Assembly: GCA_963717435.1 (NCBI GenBank)
Contig: OY970332.1
Span: forward strand, 1,024,001-1,088,000
From: an uncultured bacterium
Lineage (GTDB): Bacteria; Babelota; Babeliae; Babelales; Babelaceae
Direction: 5' to 3'
Length of the DNA: 64,000 bases
Positions 1-10,212 of the stretch are shown piece by piece. The position numbers and the translations under genes were made by a program. The notes below the pieces were generated by a model, which ran no database searches, was not told the DNA's origin, and worked only from the letters and a program-made list of their open reading frames with translations. How positions within the stretch are numbered: position 1 is the first letter of the stretch; the number at the start of each line of letters is the position of its first letter.

Positions 1-237
1 GGTGTCAGGCCAGTGATAAAGGTGCCCCAAAGGGTACCAAGCATTCATGCGATTGTGATTCACCTCTTTCAAAAAAATGCAAAGAAAATTGTGAAATGCT
101 AAAAGGGGCAGCGCAAAGAAGAGGGTCTTTCGTGGGTAAATTGAGTGAGGAAAGTATAGGCAACTATGAGTAATATGGTCATGCGGGCCTATTTCGATAT
201 AGCTTAGTAACTTGCTTTACTAATTTATTATATAAGT

Positions 238-284
238 AAAAATTAACCGGAGTTTTGGCTCCGGTTTTGTTTTGCAAAAAAATT
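238..284 (+). repeat. Terminator-like hairpin, left copy of a direct repeat flanking the TA module
   Basis: aaaaattaaccggag-ttttgg-ctccggttttgttttgcaaaaaa; recurs at 955-1000 with a different loop. Confidence 0.85.
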
Positions 285-336
285 ATTTTGACCATAGGTA
301 TTTCGTATAACTCTTGTTTGATCTAAGTCATTATGG

Positions 337-356
337 TATTCTTACTAGTAAGAATA
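337..356. promoter_or_regulatory. Perfect 20-bp palindrome, likely antitoxin operator
   Basis: TATTCTTACTAGTAAGAATA, 25 bp upstream of the antitoxin start, overlapping a plausible -10. Confidence 0.7.
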
Positions 357-381
357 GTAATATTATTGTAGGAGAAGATTA

Positions 382-615
382 ATGAAAATTGTTAAAGTTA
401 CCAGCAAATATCAAACAACAATCCCTCAAGAGATACGTTCTCAACTGAAATTAAAGATAGGGGACTCTGTATTTTTTGAAATAATTGATGGAATGGTTGT
501 TCTGAAAAAGATAGATTCAAAAAGTAAGGCTTATTTGAAAGCAGTTTCTGAAACATTGGCAGAATGGAATTCTCAGGAAGATGAAGAGGCTTATCGTGAT
601 TTACAAAAGCTTTGA
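382..615 (+). CDS. AbrB/MazE-family antitoxin
   Basis: N-terminal KVTSKYQTTIPQEIR..L.LK.GD swapped-hairpin motif; overlaps a toxin gene. Confidence 0.9.
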   Translation: MKIVKVTSKYQTTIPQEIRSQLKLKIGDSVFFEIIDGMVVLKKIDSKSKAYLKAVSETLAEWNSQEDEEAYRDLQKL

Positions 616-934
616 TATTGTTATAGTTCCATTTCCATTTGTTGATTCGTCTTTGACCAAGGTAAGACCGGCATTGGTATTATCTAATCATGAATCAAAT
701 AAACAGGGATCGGTAGTTTTGGTCATGATCACATCGGCTCAACATAATAAAAGGTTTAATGATGTTTTGATTACAAATTTAGAGTCAACCAATTTACCCT
801 CTGCCTCTATAATTCGAATGAAGCTTTTTACTCTTGATTTAACATTGGTACATAAAAAAATTGGAGTTCTTAGCGAACGAGATCAAATGGCGTTTAAAAA
901 AATATTTAAACAATTATTTAAAGATCTGATTTGA
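596..934 (+). CDS. PemK/MazF-family toxin (GTG start at 596 probable; ORF open from 581)
   Basis: DIVIVPFPFVD...KVRPALVLS...MITS motifs. Confidence 0.9.
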   Translation: MIYKSFDIVIVPFPFVDSSLTKVRPALVLSNHESNKQGSVVLVMITSAQHNKRFNDVLITNLESTNLPSASIIRMKLFTLDLTLVHKKIGVLSERDQMAFKKIFKQLFKDLI

Positions 935-954
935 TTTTTGATTTGTCGTGATCA

Positions 955-1000
955 AAAAATTAACCGGAGACAAAACTCCGGTTTTGTTTTGCAAAAAATT
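955..1000 (+). repeat. Terminator-like hairpin, right copy of the direct repeat
   Basis: aaaaattaaccggag-acaaaa-ctccggttttgttttgcaaaaaa. Confidence 0.85.
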
Positions 1001-1140
1001 TAATAACAATCTAAAGAAATAAGTTGTCAAAAACTTTTTATTTGATATGTTCAGACAGGATCGATCCAAGAGGTGAGTAGGTTGATGAGGCAAGCAGTGT
1101 TTTAACCATATATAACCTATCAACCTTAGAGGTAGACCGA

Positions 1141-1569
1141 ATGAGTCTCAAAAATGCTTTTCTTTTTTATTTCATAACATCGCTGTTTTTTTCAGCTTCC
1201 TGTTCTCAGGTACCTCCGGCAGGCTCGAAGGAGGCGCAAGCCTACTTGCGAAGCGACGTATCCACGGCAGAATCTGATAATGATTCGTCAATGAGCTGGA
1301 GTAGCTTGCGGGCTTTGCAGATTGGAGGTTTGTGTGCAGTTGGCGCATTAATTCTTTGGCTGGTTAAAGATAATTCCGGGGAAGTAAAAGCGGATCAGGA
1401 TAAAACTAACTCTCCTGAAAAAGTTGTTATTTCTGTGCAAAAACCCAAATCCAATTATCTAACGAGATTTGTGTCCCGTTTGAATAATTGTAAGATGAGT
1501 TTTGCCAATCTTATGAAGAATTTGGCAAAATATACATTTGGAGGCATCAGAATCTCAGCTAGCTTATAA
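1141..1569 (+). CDS. Hypothetical exported or membrane protein
   Basis: GAGGT RBS, hydrophobic N-terminus, one further hydrophobic segment. Confidence 0.6.
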   Translation: MSLKNAFLFYFITSLFFSASCSQVPPAGSKEAQAYLRSDVSTAESDNDSSMSWSSLRALQIGGLCAVGALILWLVKDNSGEVKADQDKTNSPEKVVISVQKPKSNYLTRFVSRLNNCKMSFANLMKNLAKYTFGGIRISASL

Positions 1570-1598
1570 GTGTAATTTGTTAGATTAAAATCTAATAA

Positions 1599-1640
1599 AA
1601 AGAGAGTGTGTTAGATGTAAAAATCTGACACACTCTCTTT
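1599..1640. terminator. Intrinsic terminator, probably bidirectional
   Basis: aaagagagtgtgttagat...atctgacacactctcttt between convergent genes. Confidence 0.8.
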
Positions 1641-1720
1641 AATTTTTTCTATCAAGCTGGCTATCGAGTCTTGGCAAAAGGAATTTTGTATTCTGATCAC
1701 GGCTGGAACAGAAAGTGATA

Positions 1721-2161
1721 TCAACTTTTTTCTGCAATTAATAGAGCCTTCTTGATATCTATTCCCCATTTATATCCACCAAGTTCGCCGTTTTTTCTGA
1801 CAACTCTATGGCATGGGATAAAATATGCTATCTTGTTTTGTCCAAGTGCGTTTGCAACTGCCCGAAAGGCTTTGGGATTGCCAATTTTTTGGGCGAGCTC
1901 TTGGTAAGTTAAAGTTTTTCCTGCAGGAATATTTAGAGTAGCCTGCCAGACTTTGACCTGAAAATCTGTTCCAGAAAACTCGAAATTTAGGGGTTCTTGG
2001 TTTAATTCTTTTAATTCTTCTAAGAGTTTAATTTCATTAGAATCTGCTTTTACAAACTCGGCGTTTATAATTCTATTATTTTTATAATTAACTAAAATTA
2101 TACCGGCTTGGGTTTTATAAAATTTTGTTGGGTTATTTTTACTAAAGTTATTTGAGATCAT
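1721..2161 (-). CDS. ogt: Methylated-DNA-protein-cysteine methyltransferase
   Basis: GTDFQVKVW, IPCHRVV active site, GGYKWG. Confidence 0.95.
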   Translation of the reverse strand: MISNNFSKNNPTKFYKTQAGIILVNYKNNRIINAEFVKADSNEIKLLEELKELNQEPLNFEFSGTDFQVKVWQATLNIPAGKTLTYQELAQKIGNPKAFRAVANALGQNKIAYFIPCHRVVRKNGELGGYKWGIDIKKALLIAEKS

Positions 2162-2267
2162 ATTTTTGTTTAATATTAATAGGTAATTTGTATACTGATT
2201 ATAATTATAACAAAATTATACAATATTTTTTATACGATTTTTTGAAAATAAATTCTTAAGATAAACT

Positions 2268-2888
2268 ATGAAAAATTCTAAAATATTATATCTGGCTTCA
2301 AGTTCAAAATCTCGCCAAGATGCGCTAAAAGAGGCAAAAATAAACTTTCAAGTAATCCCACAAAGTTCACCTGAATTTTGCGACTATAGTTTAGATTTTA
2401 ATAAAATTGTTGAAGCTATAGCGGTATCAAAAATGGATCATGCGATTTTGCCGGAAAGTTTATCAAACTGCAAGAAGGATGATCATATATTTGTTTTGAC
2501 CGCCGATACAATGACGCGGGATTCTGCCGGCCAGATTCATGGCAAGCCCAAAGATAAGCAAGAAGCTATTGAAAAAATTAAGCAGGTCGCGGGGATATCT
2601 GAGACATGCACAGCTTTTTGTTTGGATAAAAAAGTTTTTGATGGCAAAAATTTTGTGACGCAAGAACGCCACTTGAAATCTATAGTAAGCACGTGTGATT
2701 TTCAAATTCCCCCAGAGTGGTATGAAAAATATATAGAAAATGTCGATGTTTTAAACTGCTGCGGGGCATTAGATATTACTGGCTACGGCTCGCAGTTTTT
2801 GAAGTCTCTTACAGGTTCATATTCTGGAATCTTGGGCCTGCCAATATTTGAGGTTCGTGAGTCTCTTGAAAAACTAGGCTTTTTTTAG
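2268..2888 (+). CDS. maf: Maf family nucleotide pyrophosphatase
   Basis: LYLASSSKSR, LTADT, GKPKD, GSYSGILGLP. Confidence 0.93.
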   Translation: MKNSKILYLASSSKSRQDALKEAKINFQVIPQSSPEFCDYSLDFNKIVEAIAVSKMDHAILPESLSNCKKDDHIFVLTADTMTRDSAGQIHGKPKDKQEAIEKIKQVAGISETCTAFCLDKKVFDGKNFVTQERHLKSIVSTCDFQIPPEWYEKYIENVDVLNCCGALDITGYGSQFLKSLTGSYSGILGLPIFEVRESLEKLGFF

Positions 2889-2936
2889 ACTGTTTTTACT
2901 TTTTAAATAACTAATTATTTTACATTACTTCGCATT

Positions 2937-4082
2937 TTAATCTTTAAAAAAATCAGGGAATTCAGCAATTAGCGCATCGAGCCCTTTGGGCCTAATACGT
3001 TCTCCTGAGTTTCGTTTGGTAATCACCATATTTTTTATAAACTCTTTAGCTCCTTGGGGTGCAAAATCATCTGATGAATCTTTTGCTCCATTTGATAAAA
3101 GAATTCTCATTATTTCGATCATTGTTTTTTCCAGATGGTCTATTTGTGCCAGGTCCTTATTTTGGGCATAGTAATCAAATGTAAACTCGTATAAAGCTCC
3201 GTTGCACAAGTTAAAGGCGTAGATTTTTTAACACCTCTTATATTTACGCACTGTTTATAATTTTCATCTTTTAAAATAGCTTTACAAAATAGGATAATGT
3301 CTCCTAACGGCAGCATGTAATGGTGTTTCACCGCCACAGGTTTTTCTTGATAGTTTTATAGATTCCGGATTTATAATCTTTTTATCTTCTTTTTCTATTA
3401 TAGATAACAATATTTTTGCTGAATCCAAGCTATTGTTTTCTGCTGCAATAAGCATCCCAAATTCCATATAATCTCGACGATCATCCGGAACATAACGTCT
3501 TTATTTTAATTATATTTTTAGTTAGCCATAGAGCTTTATTTCGCTCGACGGCTACTAGCCAGTCATTGAATGGGGCCCATATTGTTAGTATAGTGTGATC
3601 ACGAAACTTGGATTTTAAAATATTTGTTTTATTATCGATGTGGAACAAGATTCTTGTAATATTGGCTCTATTTGCTTATCAGAAATCAAAATAATTTGTG
3701 CCATGACGAGTTTTGAAAGATCTGCAAAAAACTTGCATGTTAGCGCTAAGTTTTTAAAATTTTTATATATCTCTTGTTCGTCTGTTATTTCTGGATCTGT
3801 GTTTATTAAGTAATCAAATAATATTTTCTTTAATATATCTATTGGTAGTATGCACAATAAAATCAATTTGTTTTCTTGCGATTCAGGAGCAAACTTGTCT
3901 TGCCTAGAGAAGATTTGATTAGCTTCTTTCTTAAGCTCTTGGTCAGTAAAAAAAACATCAAATGAAGCTTGGTTTTCTATGGTTCGTGCAGTTATCGGCA
4001 CAGGTTGTTCTGGCGATTTTTGCCCCATGCAGTGCGAGTTGATAAAAAATACGTTTAGAAGAATTAGTAAATATTGTTTCAT
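2937..4082 (-). pseudogene. Frameshifted tandem paralog of 4084-5397 (F-box-like plus ankyrin); true pseudogene or assembly errors
   Basis: Fragments 3615-4082, 3282-3467, 3140-3337 and 2937-3209 are collinear with the neighbour (MKQYLL, PIDILKKILFDYL, DENYKQCVNI, LIAEFPDFFKD). Confidence 0.8.
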
Positions 4083-4083
4083 G

Positions 4084-5397
4084 TTACATGACTTCGCATT
4101 TTGAATCTTTAAAAAATTCAGGAAATTCTGCAATTAATTTTTCTATTTCTTGTAAAACTGTATGGAATTTTTTGTGGTTTTTAAAATTGGATACAACGTT
4201 AGGTATAAATTCCTTAAGTTCTACATAGCTATCGTTTTTTAGATCTTCTGCTCCGTTTTGTAAAAGAAGTCTTATTATTTCTACCGCTTTTTCGCCTGCT
4301 TGTTCGTCATTGGAACGTAATTTATCGTGAAGAATTCCTGCTGCACAAGATATCGGTGTCAAGAAACCATATGAGGTATTTTTTATGTTCACGCACTTTT
4401 TATAGTTTTCATCTTCTAATAATAGCTTTACTAAATTAATATTTAAATTTTTAACGGCGACGTATAATGGTGTGCCATCTAAAAATATTAGTATTTTCCT
4501 CGCGCGGTTGACTGCTTCTGGTTTTACAATTTCTTTGTTTCGTTTTGTGTATGACAATAAAACTTTGAGTGCTGCAATACAATTGTGTTTTGTTGCAAGA
4601 ATTACACAGATTTCAACGTTGTCGCGACTATCAAATGCGGGATTTCGTTTTATTTTTTCATAATTTTTGATTAACCATAAAGCTCGGTTTTGCTTTGATG
4701 CAACCATTATGTCTGATTTGGCGGCCGGTGCCAATTCTTTTTTTAAATAGCGGTCGGGTTCCTGGATGTGATATTTTCGGCTTGCTAGCCTTAATTCTAT
4801 CTGTTTATCAGAAATCAAAACTATTTGGGCCATTATTGGTTTTGAAAGATCTGAGAAAAACTTGCATGTTTGCGCCAAGTTTCTAAAATCTTTATAGATT
4901 TCTTGTTCGTCTGTTATTCCTGAGTTTGTGTTTACCAGGTAATCAAATAATATTTTCTTTAATATATCTATTGGGATTTCGGCCAACAAAATAAAATTAC
5001 TTTTTTGCTTCGCGTCCGAAGCAAACTTGTTGTTTTTGGCTAAGATTATATTTGCTTCTTTCTTCAATTTTTCATCAGTAAAGAAACTTGAAAAAGAATC
5101 TTTTCCGTCTGAGTCAAATGTTGTATCGATTGTGCCATTTGGGTTGTATCTTGCTCTTAGAGTTAAAGTATTTGAGTTTGTCCGTGTAGTAGGTATATTA
5201 ACAACAATTTTGCCATCAGATTGTGTAGCAATAGTATTTTCAGTTTCAGAATCTGAATCTGAAAATGGTTGATATACATCATCTACAACTCCTTGATTTA
5301 TATCAACCATCGTCATAATTTTGGGTATTTCTGTTTCCATTGTATAAGAGTTATTAATAAAAAATAAGTTCAAAAAAACCAATAAATATTGCTTCAT
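4084..5397 (-). CDS. Signal-peptide protein with F-box-like motif and ankyrin repeats
   Basis: IPIDILKKILFDYL...LAQTCKFF; GTPLYVAVKNLNINLVKLLLE; IIRLLLQNGA. Confidence 0.8.
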   Translation of the reverse strand: MKQYLLVFLNLFFINNSYTMETEIPKIMTMVDINQGVVDDVYQPFSDSDSETENTIATQSDGKIVVNIPTTRTNSNTLTLRARYNPNGTIDTTFDSDGKDSFSSFFTDEKLKKEANIILAKNNKFASDAKQKSNFILLAEIPIDILKKILFDYLVNTNSGITDEQEIYKDFRNLAQTCKFFSDLSKPIMAQIVLISDKQIELRLASRKYHIQEPDRYLKKELAPAAKSDIMVASKQNRALWLIKNYEKIKRNPAFDSRDNVEICVILATKHNCIAALKVLLSYTKRNKEIVKPEAVNRARKILIFLDGTPLYVAVKNLNINLVKLLLEDENYKKCVNIKNTSYGFLTPISCAAGILHDKLRSNDEQAGEKAVEIIRLLLQNGAEDLKNDSYVELKEFIPNVVSNFKNHKKFHTVLQEIEKLIAEFPEFFKDSKCEVM

Positions 5398-5514
5398 GAT
5401 TTTCTCTGTGTTTAAATATTAAAATAGCCCGGATTTACCGGGCTAATATTATATCTTTTTGATGCAAATTACAATTTCGAAATTACAATTTATAATTTAT
5501 ATTTATATTTATAT

Positions 5515-5973
5515 TTAATTTGCGTAAGTTTTCTTGCTAGGCTTCCAGCGTTTTAAAAGCTCTTTCATCAAGACATCTTTGGACGGTCTTGAACTGTACT
5601 TTTCTTTTACAGAGACAGCTTTTTCTACACTTTGTGCGACTGTTTTATGATCAAATACAGTAGAATCTATATGGTCAATTGCAGGGAACATGTTTCTGTG
5701 CAAAATCTGTTTAAGCTGGTCCTGCTCGCCAGATTCAACAACCATGTTTTCCATGATCGCAAAGAAGTCTATTATCGTTTGTTGCAAGATTTCAGCTTCA
5801 GCCTCGCCAAAATTTAAGCCAACATTAAGCTTTTCTTGCAAGCCATTGGCAAGAGCTCGATCAACAAGTGCTTGAAGTGCATCTTGTTCATTGTCGCAGA
5901 GCCATGCAAGCAATACTAAAAGCTCGTAAGATACTATGAATTGACCATCATCAAAATTGTTTTTGTTTGACAT
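5515..5973 (-). CDS. Hypothetical protein, co-oriented with hspR-htpX
   Basis: 152-aa ORF starting 3 bp after the htpX stop. Confidence 0.75.
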   Translation of the reverse strand: MSNKNNFDDGQFIVSYELLVLLAWLCDNEQDALQALVDRALANGLQEKLNVGLNFGEAEAEILQQTIIDFFAIMENMVVESGEQDQLKQILHRNMFPAIDHIDSTVFDHKTVAQSVEKAVSVKEKYSSRPSKDVLMKELLKRWKPSKKTYAN

Positions 5974-5976
5974 AAT

Positions 5977-6861
5977 CTATTCCTTTTCTTTCTTACCATT
6001 AAGAACTTCATCCATACTTTTTAATCTTTTTATTCGTTCAGCCATAGGCGGGTGCGTTGAAAATAGATTCATCAAACTACCTGATGTAAACGGGTGCACT
6101 ATAAAAAGAGGAGCCGTGCTAGCTTTAGCTCTATCTTCGCTATCAAGATGATCTTCTGGGATATGCTTGTATAGTTTTTCAAGTGCCGATGCAAGCGCAA
6201 GTGGATCCTGGCATGTGTGGGCGCCAGACTCGTCGGCCAAATATTCTCTTGATCTTGAGATTGCCATCTGAATTAAAGCAGCAGCGATTGGCATTAATAC
6301 ACTGACTAAAATTATGATAACTGGATTGGCAGTTTTTCTTTTAGAATCTCTTGAGTTAAAGAGCGCCATGTAATAAGCCATATTTGCTACGTAACTGATA
6401 GCGGTCGCAAGTGTTGCAGCTACCGTGCTTACCAAAATGTCCCTGTTTTTAATGTGGGATATTTCATGGGCCAACACGCCACGAAGTTCAGTTGGCGTCA
6501 AAATATTTAATATTCCTGTCGTAACGGCTATTGATCCGTTGGCAGGATTTCTTCCCGTGGCAAAAGCATTCGCCATGGGGGTCTCTACTAACCAAAGCTT
6601 AGGCATAGGCACCTCAGATTTCATGGCCAAATCTTTCACCATCGAATATAACCAATTATATTTTTCCTCATCAAGCTTTTTGGCATGATAAATATTTAAT
6701 ACAATTTTATCTGAGAAATAATATGTTACGAAGTTTATAATAATAGAAAGAATTAGGGCGGCTGTTATGCCATCTTTGCCACCAATTAAACCTCCGACTA
6801 GCATCAAGAGGCCGCTTAATGTTGCAAGTAAAACTGCCGTTTTTAATCTGTTAAATATCAT
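5977..6861 (-). CDS. htpX: Zinc metalloprotease HtpX (M48)
   Basis: NAFATGRNP, HEISH, SRSREYLAD, FSTHPP. Confidence 0.96.
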   Translation of the reverse strand: MIFNRLKTAVLLATLSGLLMLVGGLIGGKDGITAALILSIIINFVTYYFSDKIVLNIYHAKKLDEEKYNWLYSMVKDLAMKSEVPMPKLWLVETPMANAFATGRNPANGSIAVTTGILNILTPTELRGVLAHEISHIKNRDILVSTVAATLATAISYVANMAYYMALFNSRDSKRKTANPVIIILVSVLMPIAAALIQMAISRSREYLADESGAHTCQDPLALASALEKLYKHIPEDHLDSEDRAKASTAPLFIVHPFTSGSLMNLFSTHPPMAERIKRLKSMDEVLNGKKEKE

Positions 6862-6887
6862 GTTGCCCCCTTGTTTTTTGGCGCAAT

Positions 6888-7325
6888 TTACTTTTCTGTT
6901 TTTGTTTTGCTTATATCAATTACTTTTGTCTCTTGTTTCTCTTTTTTAGCTTTTACTGGCAACTGTTTAAGTTCTGATATTTTTAAAGCAGTAGCTTTTG
7001 CTATCTCTCTTGAGTTATCAACTTCGCGTGCAAGCTCTTTTTCTGTCTGCTTGAACATTGTGTTGATCTCTTTTTGCATTTTTTTAATCTGTTTTTGTAG
7101 CTTTAGAATCATCTCAACGCCAGCCAAATTTATCCCTAAATTGTGGGTCAAATGTATAACTTCTTCAAGTCTTTCAACATCTTCTTCTTCAAAAAGTCTG
7201 GTATTGCCTGTTGATCTTTTTGGAGAGATTAAGCCCTCTTTTTCATACAATCTTATGGTTTGCTGGTGCACAGAAAACATTTTTGCTACGGCAGAGATTG
7301 AAAAATACCCTTTTTTTCTTTTCAT
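6888..7325 (-). CDS. hspR: MerR-family heat-shock repressor HspR
   Basis: SISAVA..HQQTIRLYEKEGLISPKRSTGNTRLF; LGINLAGVEMIL; HAIR site upstream of dnaK. Confidence 0.88.
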   Translation of the reverse strand: MKRKKGYFSISAVAKMFSVHQQTIRLYEKEGLISPKRSTGNTRLFEEEDVERLEEVIHLTHNLGINLAGVEMILKLQKQIKKMQKEINTMFKQTEKELAREVDNSREIAKATALKISELKQLPVKAKKEKQETKVIDISKTKTEK

Positions 7326-7463
7326 ATTTTATCTTATATAGCTTATTTATTGCTTTAAAATTAAAAATAACTATTTAAATATCACCCCAATTATTACACA
7401 ATATTATACCAGATTTTTTCAAATTTGGCATGCTGTTCTTAAAAAAATATCCCAACAAATCGA

Positions 7464-8540
7464 TTAGTGTAGTTGCACATAGCCAAGATCGATAAAGCCA
7501 TTTTTGACCACCGGTGGCAGCTCATTAAATATTCGTTTTAATTTAGAGCTACTGATTTCAAATGGTTTGGCAGTCTTGTCATGATATTCTAATATCTCGT
7601 TTATTAACAGATATAATATTGGGCCCGTGGGTTCTTCTATTTCCCTGACCGTATCACCATTTTTTTGTTTTATTCGTGTAGTTTTTCCATAAAGATTTGT
7701 AAGATCGGCATGTAATATTTCTTTGCTAAGATAATCATAAATAGATTTGTTTTCGGGTTTATTTTTAAAGGGCTCAACATACCATTTGTCATTTGGTCCT
7801 TTGTATATGAATTTGATAGCAGGATCGTAGCCCAAAATTGTTATAGTATCGGCCCAATTTTCTATCTGAGCTATAGATTTTTTCCAGGTTATATTATTAT
7901 TTGGCAACTGCGCTTTGTCTCGCAGATCCCAAAGTTCCAAGAATGAGTGAGATAGTGGTCGATCTTTATCCCAGGCAAGTGATATTGCAAAATCGCCGCT
8001 TGGTCCGCAGAATTTTACGCCGTTAACTTTACCTTTGGCATTTAAAATTGCTATCTCTTGGTTATTCCTAAGTAATTTAATCTGTTTCCCGGGATTATAC
8101 ATATTATCATCGGCCTGCAAGACATACGAATTTCCATGGACTGTTTTTGAGCTCATTCTCAATATTCCCTGTTTTTTCCAGGAACTGGGAAGATCGGCCT
8201 TCTCGATTTCTTCATTTTCGCTTGAGGCATCTATCTTTGCTTGATCTGTTATCGCTTCTATAATTTTTCTGTAAAATTTATTATTTGGCTGTGCAAGTAG
8301 CTCTTTTATAACTATTTTTAATGCAGTCAGTTTTTTGACGTCAGAAGTGATCTTTTTTTCGTGCACCACAAACTGCTCTTCGGGCGTCTTTGGTGCTGAC
8401 TCAGTTTTTTGTTTTTTTGAGCTGCTCTGTGCTGTCGGTATCAAGTCTGAATTATTATCGTCTCTTTCGCGTTTCATGCTGTAAGAATTGGCAACAAGTA
8501 GGCCCAAACAAAAAGCCAGAAAAATATTTTTTTTAAACAT
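7464..8540 (-). CDS. Signal-peptide protein with degenerate WD40-like core; member of the conserved-termini family
   Basis: LELWDLRDK; C-terminal PFEISSSKLKRIFNELPPVVK..FIDLGYV shared with the WD40 paralogs. Confidence 0.75.
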   Translation of the reverse strand: MFKKNIFLAFCLGLLVANSYSMKRERDDNNSDLIPTAQSSSKKQKTESAPKTPEEQFVVHEKKITSDVKKLTALKIVIKELLAQPNNKFYRKIIEAITDQAKIDASSENEEIEKADLPSSWKKQGILRMSSKTVHGNSYVLQADDNMYNPGKQIKLLRNNQEIAILNAKGKVNGVKFCGPSGDFAISLAWDKDRPLSHSFLELWDLRDKAQLPNNNITWKKSIAQIENWADTITILGYDPAIKFIYKGPNDKWYVEPFKNKPENKSIYDYLSKEILHADLTNLYGKTTRIKQKNGDTVREIEEPTGPILYLLINEILEYHDKTAKPFEISSSKLKRIFNELPPVVKNGFIDLGYVQLH

Positions 8541-8648
8541 ATATACCCCTAATAATTTATTAAATTAAAATTTTATCCCTAAGTAGATTCTATTATTTTC
8601 TTTGTTGCCCAGTAAATAGTTTAATTTTATTAATGTCTAAATTATTAT

Positions 8649-9761
8649 TTAAACATTAAATTTAATATCTAAAATATCGCCATCTTGGACTATATAGTCC
8701 TGACCCTCGGTGCGTATTTTGCCAGTATTTTTAAGAACAACTTCGCTTTTTGCCTCAGCTATGTCTTTATAATTAAACACCGTGGCGCAGATAAAGCCCT
8801 TTTCCAAGTCTGAGTGAATCTCACCTGAAGCTGCTCGCACATTGATGCCAGCTTTTATTGGCCAAGAGTGAATCTCTTTTGGGCCACATGTAAAGAACGT
8901 TATAAGACCCAGATTTTTGTATGTTTTTGAGATAATTTGATCCAGGCCACGAACTTTTATTCCCATCATAGAAGCCATTTCTTGAGCCTCTTCGTGTGGC
9001 AACTGAGCAAGTTCAGATTCAAGCTTCGCACATACTGGAATTACGTTCTCAGCTCCAAAATGGTTAACCAGCTTCTGATAATGCTTGTTGTTTTTATATG
9101 CTTCGTCTTGTATTTCGTCTTCTGATATATTGGCGACGATCATATAGTTTTTTGCTGATAATAAAGATATTGTCTTAACTTTAGAGTCTGTGATAATTTT
9201 TCTAACTTGGTTATTATCTGCATTATTTAGTGCAACTTCAAGATTTTTTATCAAATCTGCTTCTGCTTCAAGCTCTTTAAGTTCAGCGGGTTTCTGTTTG
9301 GCTGCTTTTATTAACTGTTCTAATTTTGCACCCCGTTTGCCTACAGATTCTAAGTCTTTAAGCATTAATTCTGTAACAATAATTTCAAAGTCTATTAGTG
9401 GGTCAAGTTCGTCTCTTGAATAAGTGATCATGATATCTTCAAAGCAACGCAGCACATGGATAACTAAATCGACGTCTCTAATATGTGACAAAAATTGGTT
9501 GCCCAAGCCCTCACCTGACGCTGCGCCTTTAACTAAGCCAGCTATATCAACAAATTCTACAGTTGCAGATATTATTTTCCCAGATTTATATATCTCTTTT
9601 AAAACTTCTGTTCTATTATCTGGTACCGGGGTGCATGCCGTATGAGGATCTATTGTACAAAAAGGGTAGTTGGCTGCCGGAACCGAAGACTTTGTTAATG
9701 CATTAAAGAGTGTTGATTTTCCAACATTTGGTAGGCCCACTAGCCCTGCGCATACTGCCAT
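8649..9761 (-). CDS. ychF: Ribosome-binding ATPase YchF
   Basis: GLPNVGKSTLFN, ANYPFCTIDP, DIAGLVKGAASGEGLGNQFL. Confidence 0.97.
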   Translation of the reverse strand: MAVCAGLVGLPNVGKSTLFNALTKSSVPAANYPFCTIDPHTACTPVPDNRTEVLKEIYKSGKIISATVEFVDIAGLVKGAASGEGLGNQFLSHIRDVDLVIHVLRCFEDIMITYSRDELDPLIDFEIIVTELMLKDLESVGKRGAKLEQLIKAAKQKPAELKELEAEADLIKNLEVALNNADNNQVRKIITDSKVKTISLLSAKNYMIVANISEDEIQDEAYKNNKHYQKLVNHFGAENVIPVCAKLESELAQLPHEEAQEMASMMGIKVRGLDQIISKTYKNLGLITFFTCGPKEIHSWPIKAGINVRAASGEIHSDLEKGFICATVFNYKDIAEAKSEVVLKNTGKIRTEGQDYIVQDGDILDIKFNV

Positions 9762-9908
9762 TGTTAATTTCTTTCAAGATTATATATTTTTTTACTATAT
9801 AAATTTCTACTATAACTATATTTACATGTATATCGTGTATATATTGATCTTATCAAATCCCCAGTTTTTTGCTATTCTTAAGGGATATTTTTTAGTTATA
9901 GGGGTTTT

Positions 9909-10145
9909 ATGAAAATATTTAGACTTAATGTCTTATTGTTTGCTTTTCTTGCAAGTTTCGATGCAAATTCCAGTTTTCTTGGGAATTTAGGGCAGGGTGA
10001 TTCAAGTATAAATATTAAAAAATTTATAGATTTTGATTTGGACACCAAAGTAATTACCATAAGTAATGGTGGCAAAATTTCCTACTTTAAAATGCGTGAT
10101 GGCAAATTTGTGCCCCACAAGTTTTCGTATAAAGCCAGAAGATAA
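9909..10145 (+). CDS. Small exported hypothetical protein
   Basis: AGGGG RBS, signal-peptide-like N-terminus. Confidence 0.5.
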   Translation: MKIFRLNVLLFAFLASFDANSSFLGNLGQGDSSINIKKFIDFDLDTKVITISNGGKISYFKMRDGKFVPHKFSYKARR

Positions 10146-10167
10146 ATTAATAAATTTATTTTAAATT

Positions 10168-10199
10168 AAAAAAGGGCCCGAAATTAATCGGGCCCTCTT
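10168..10199. terminator. Terminator downstream of dnaK
   Basis: aaaaaagggcccg-aaattaat-cgggccct. Confidence 0.8.
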
Positions 10200-10212
10200 A
10201 GTTGCTAATTAT

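Noticed and set aside
1-173. 3' end of a gene entering the window (frame open from 3 to TAA at 171-173)
   Set aside because: Too short and without a recognisable motif to assign.
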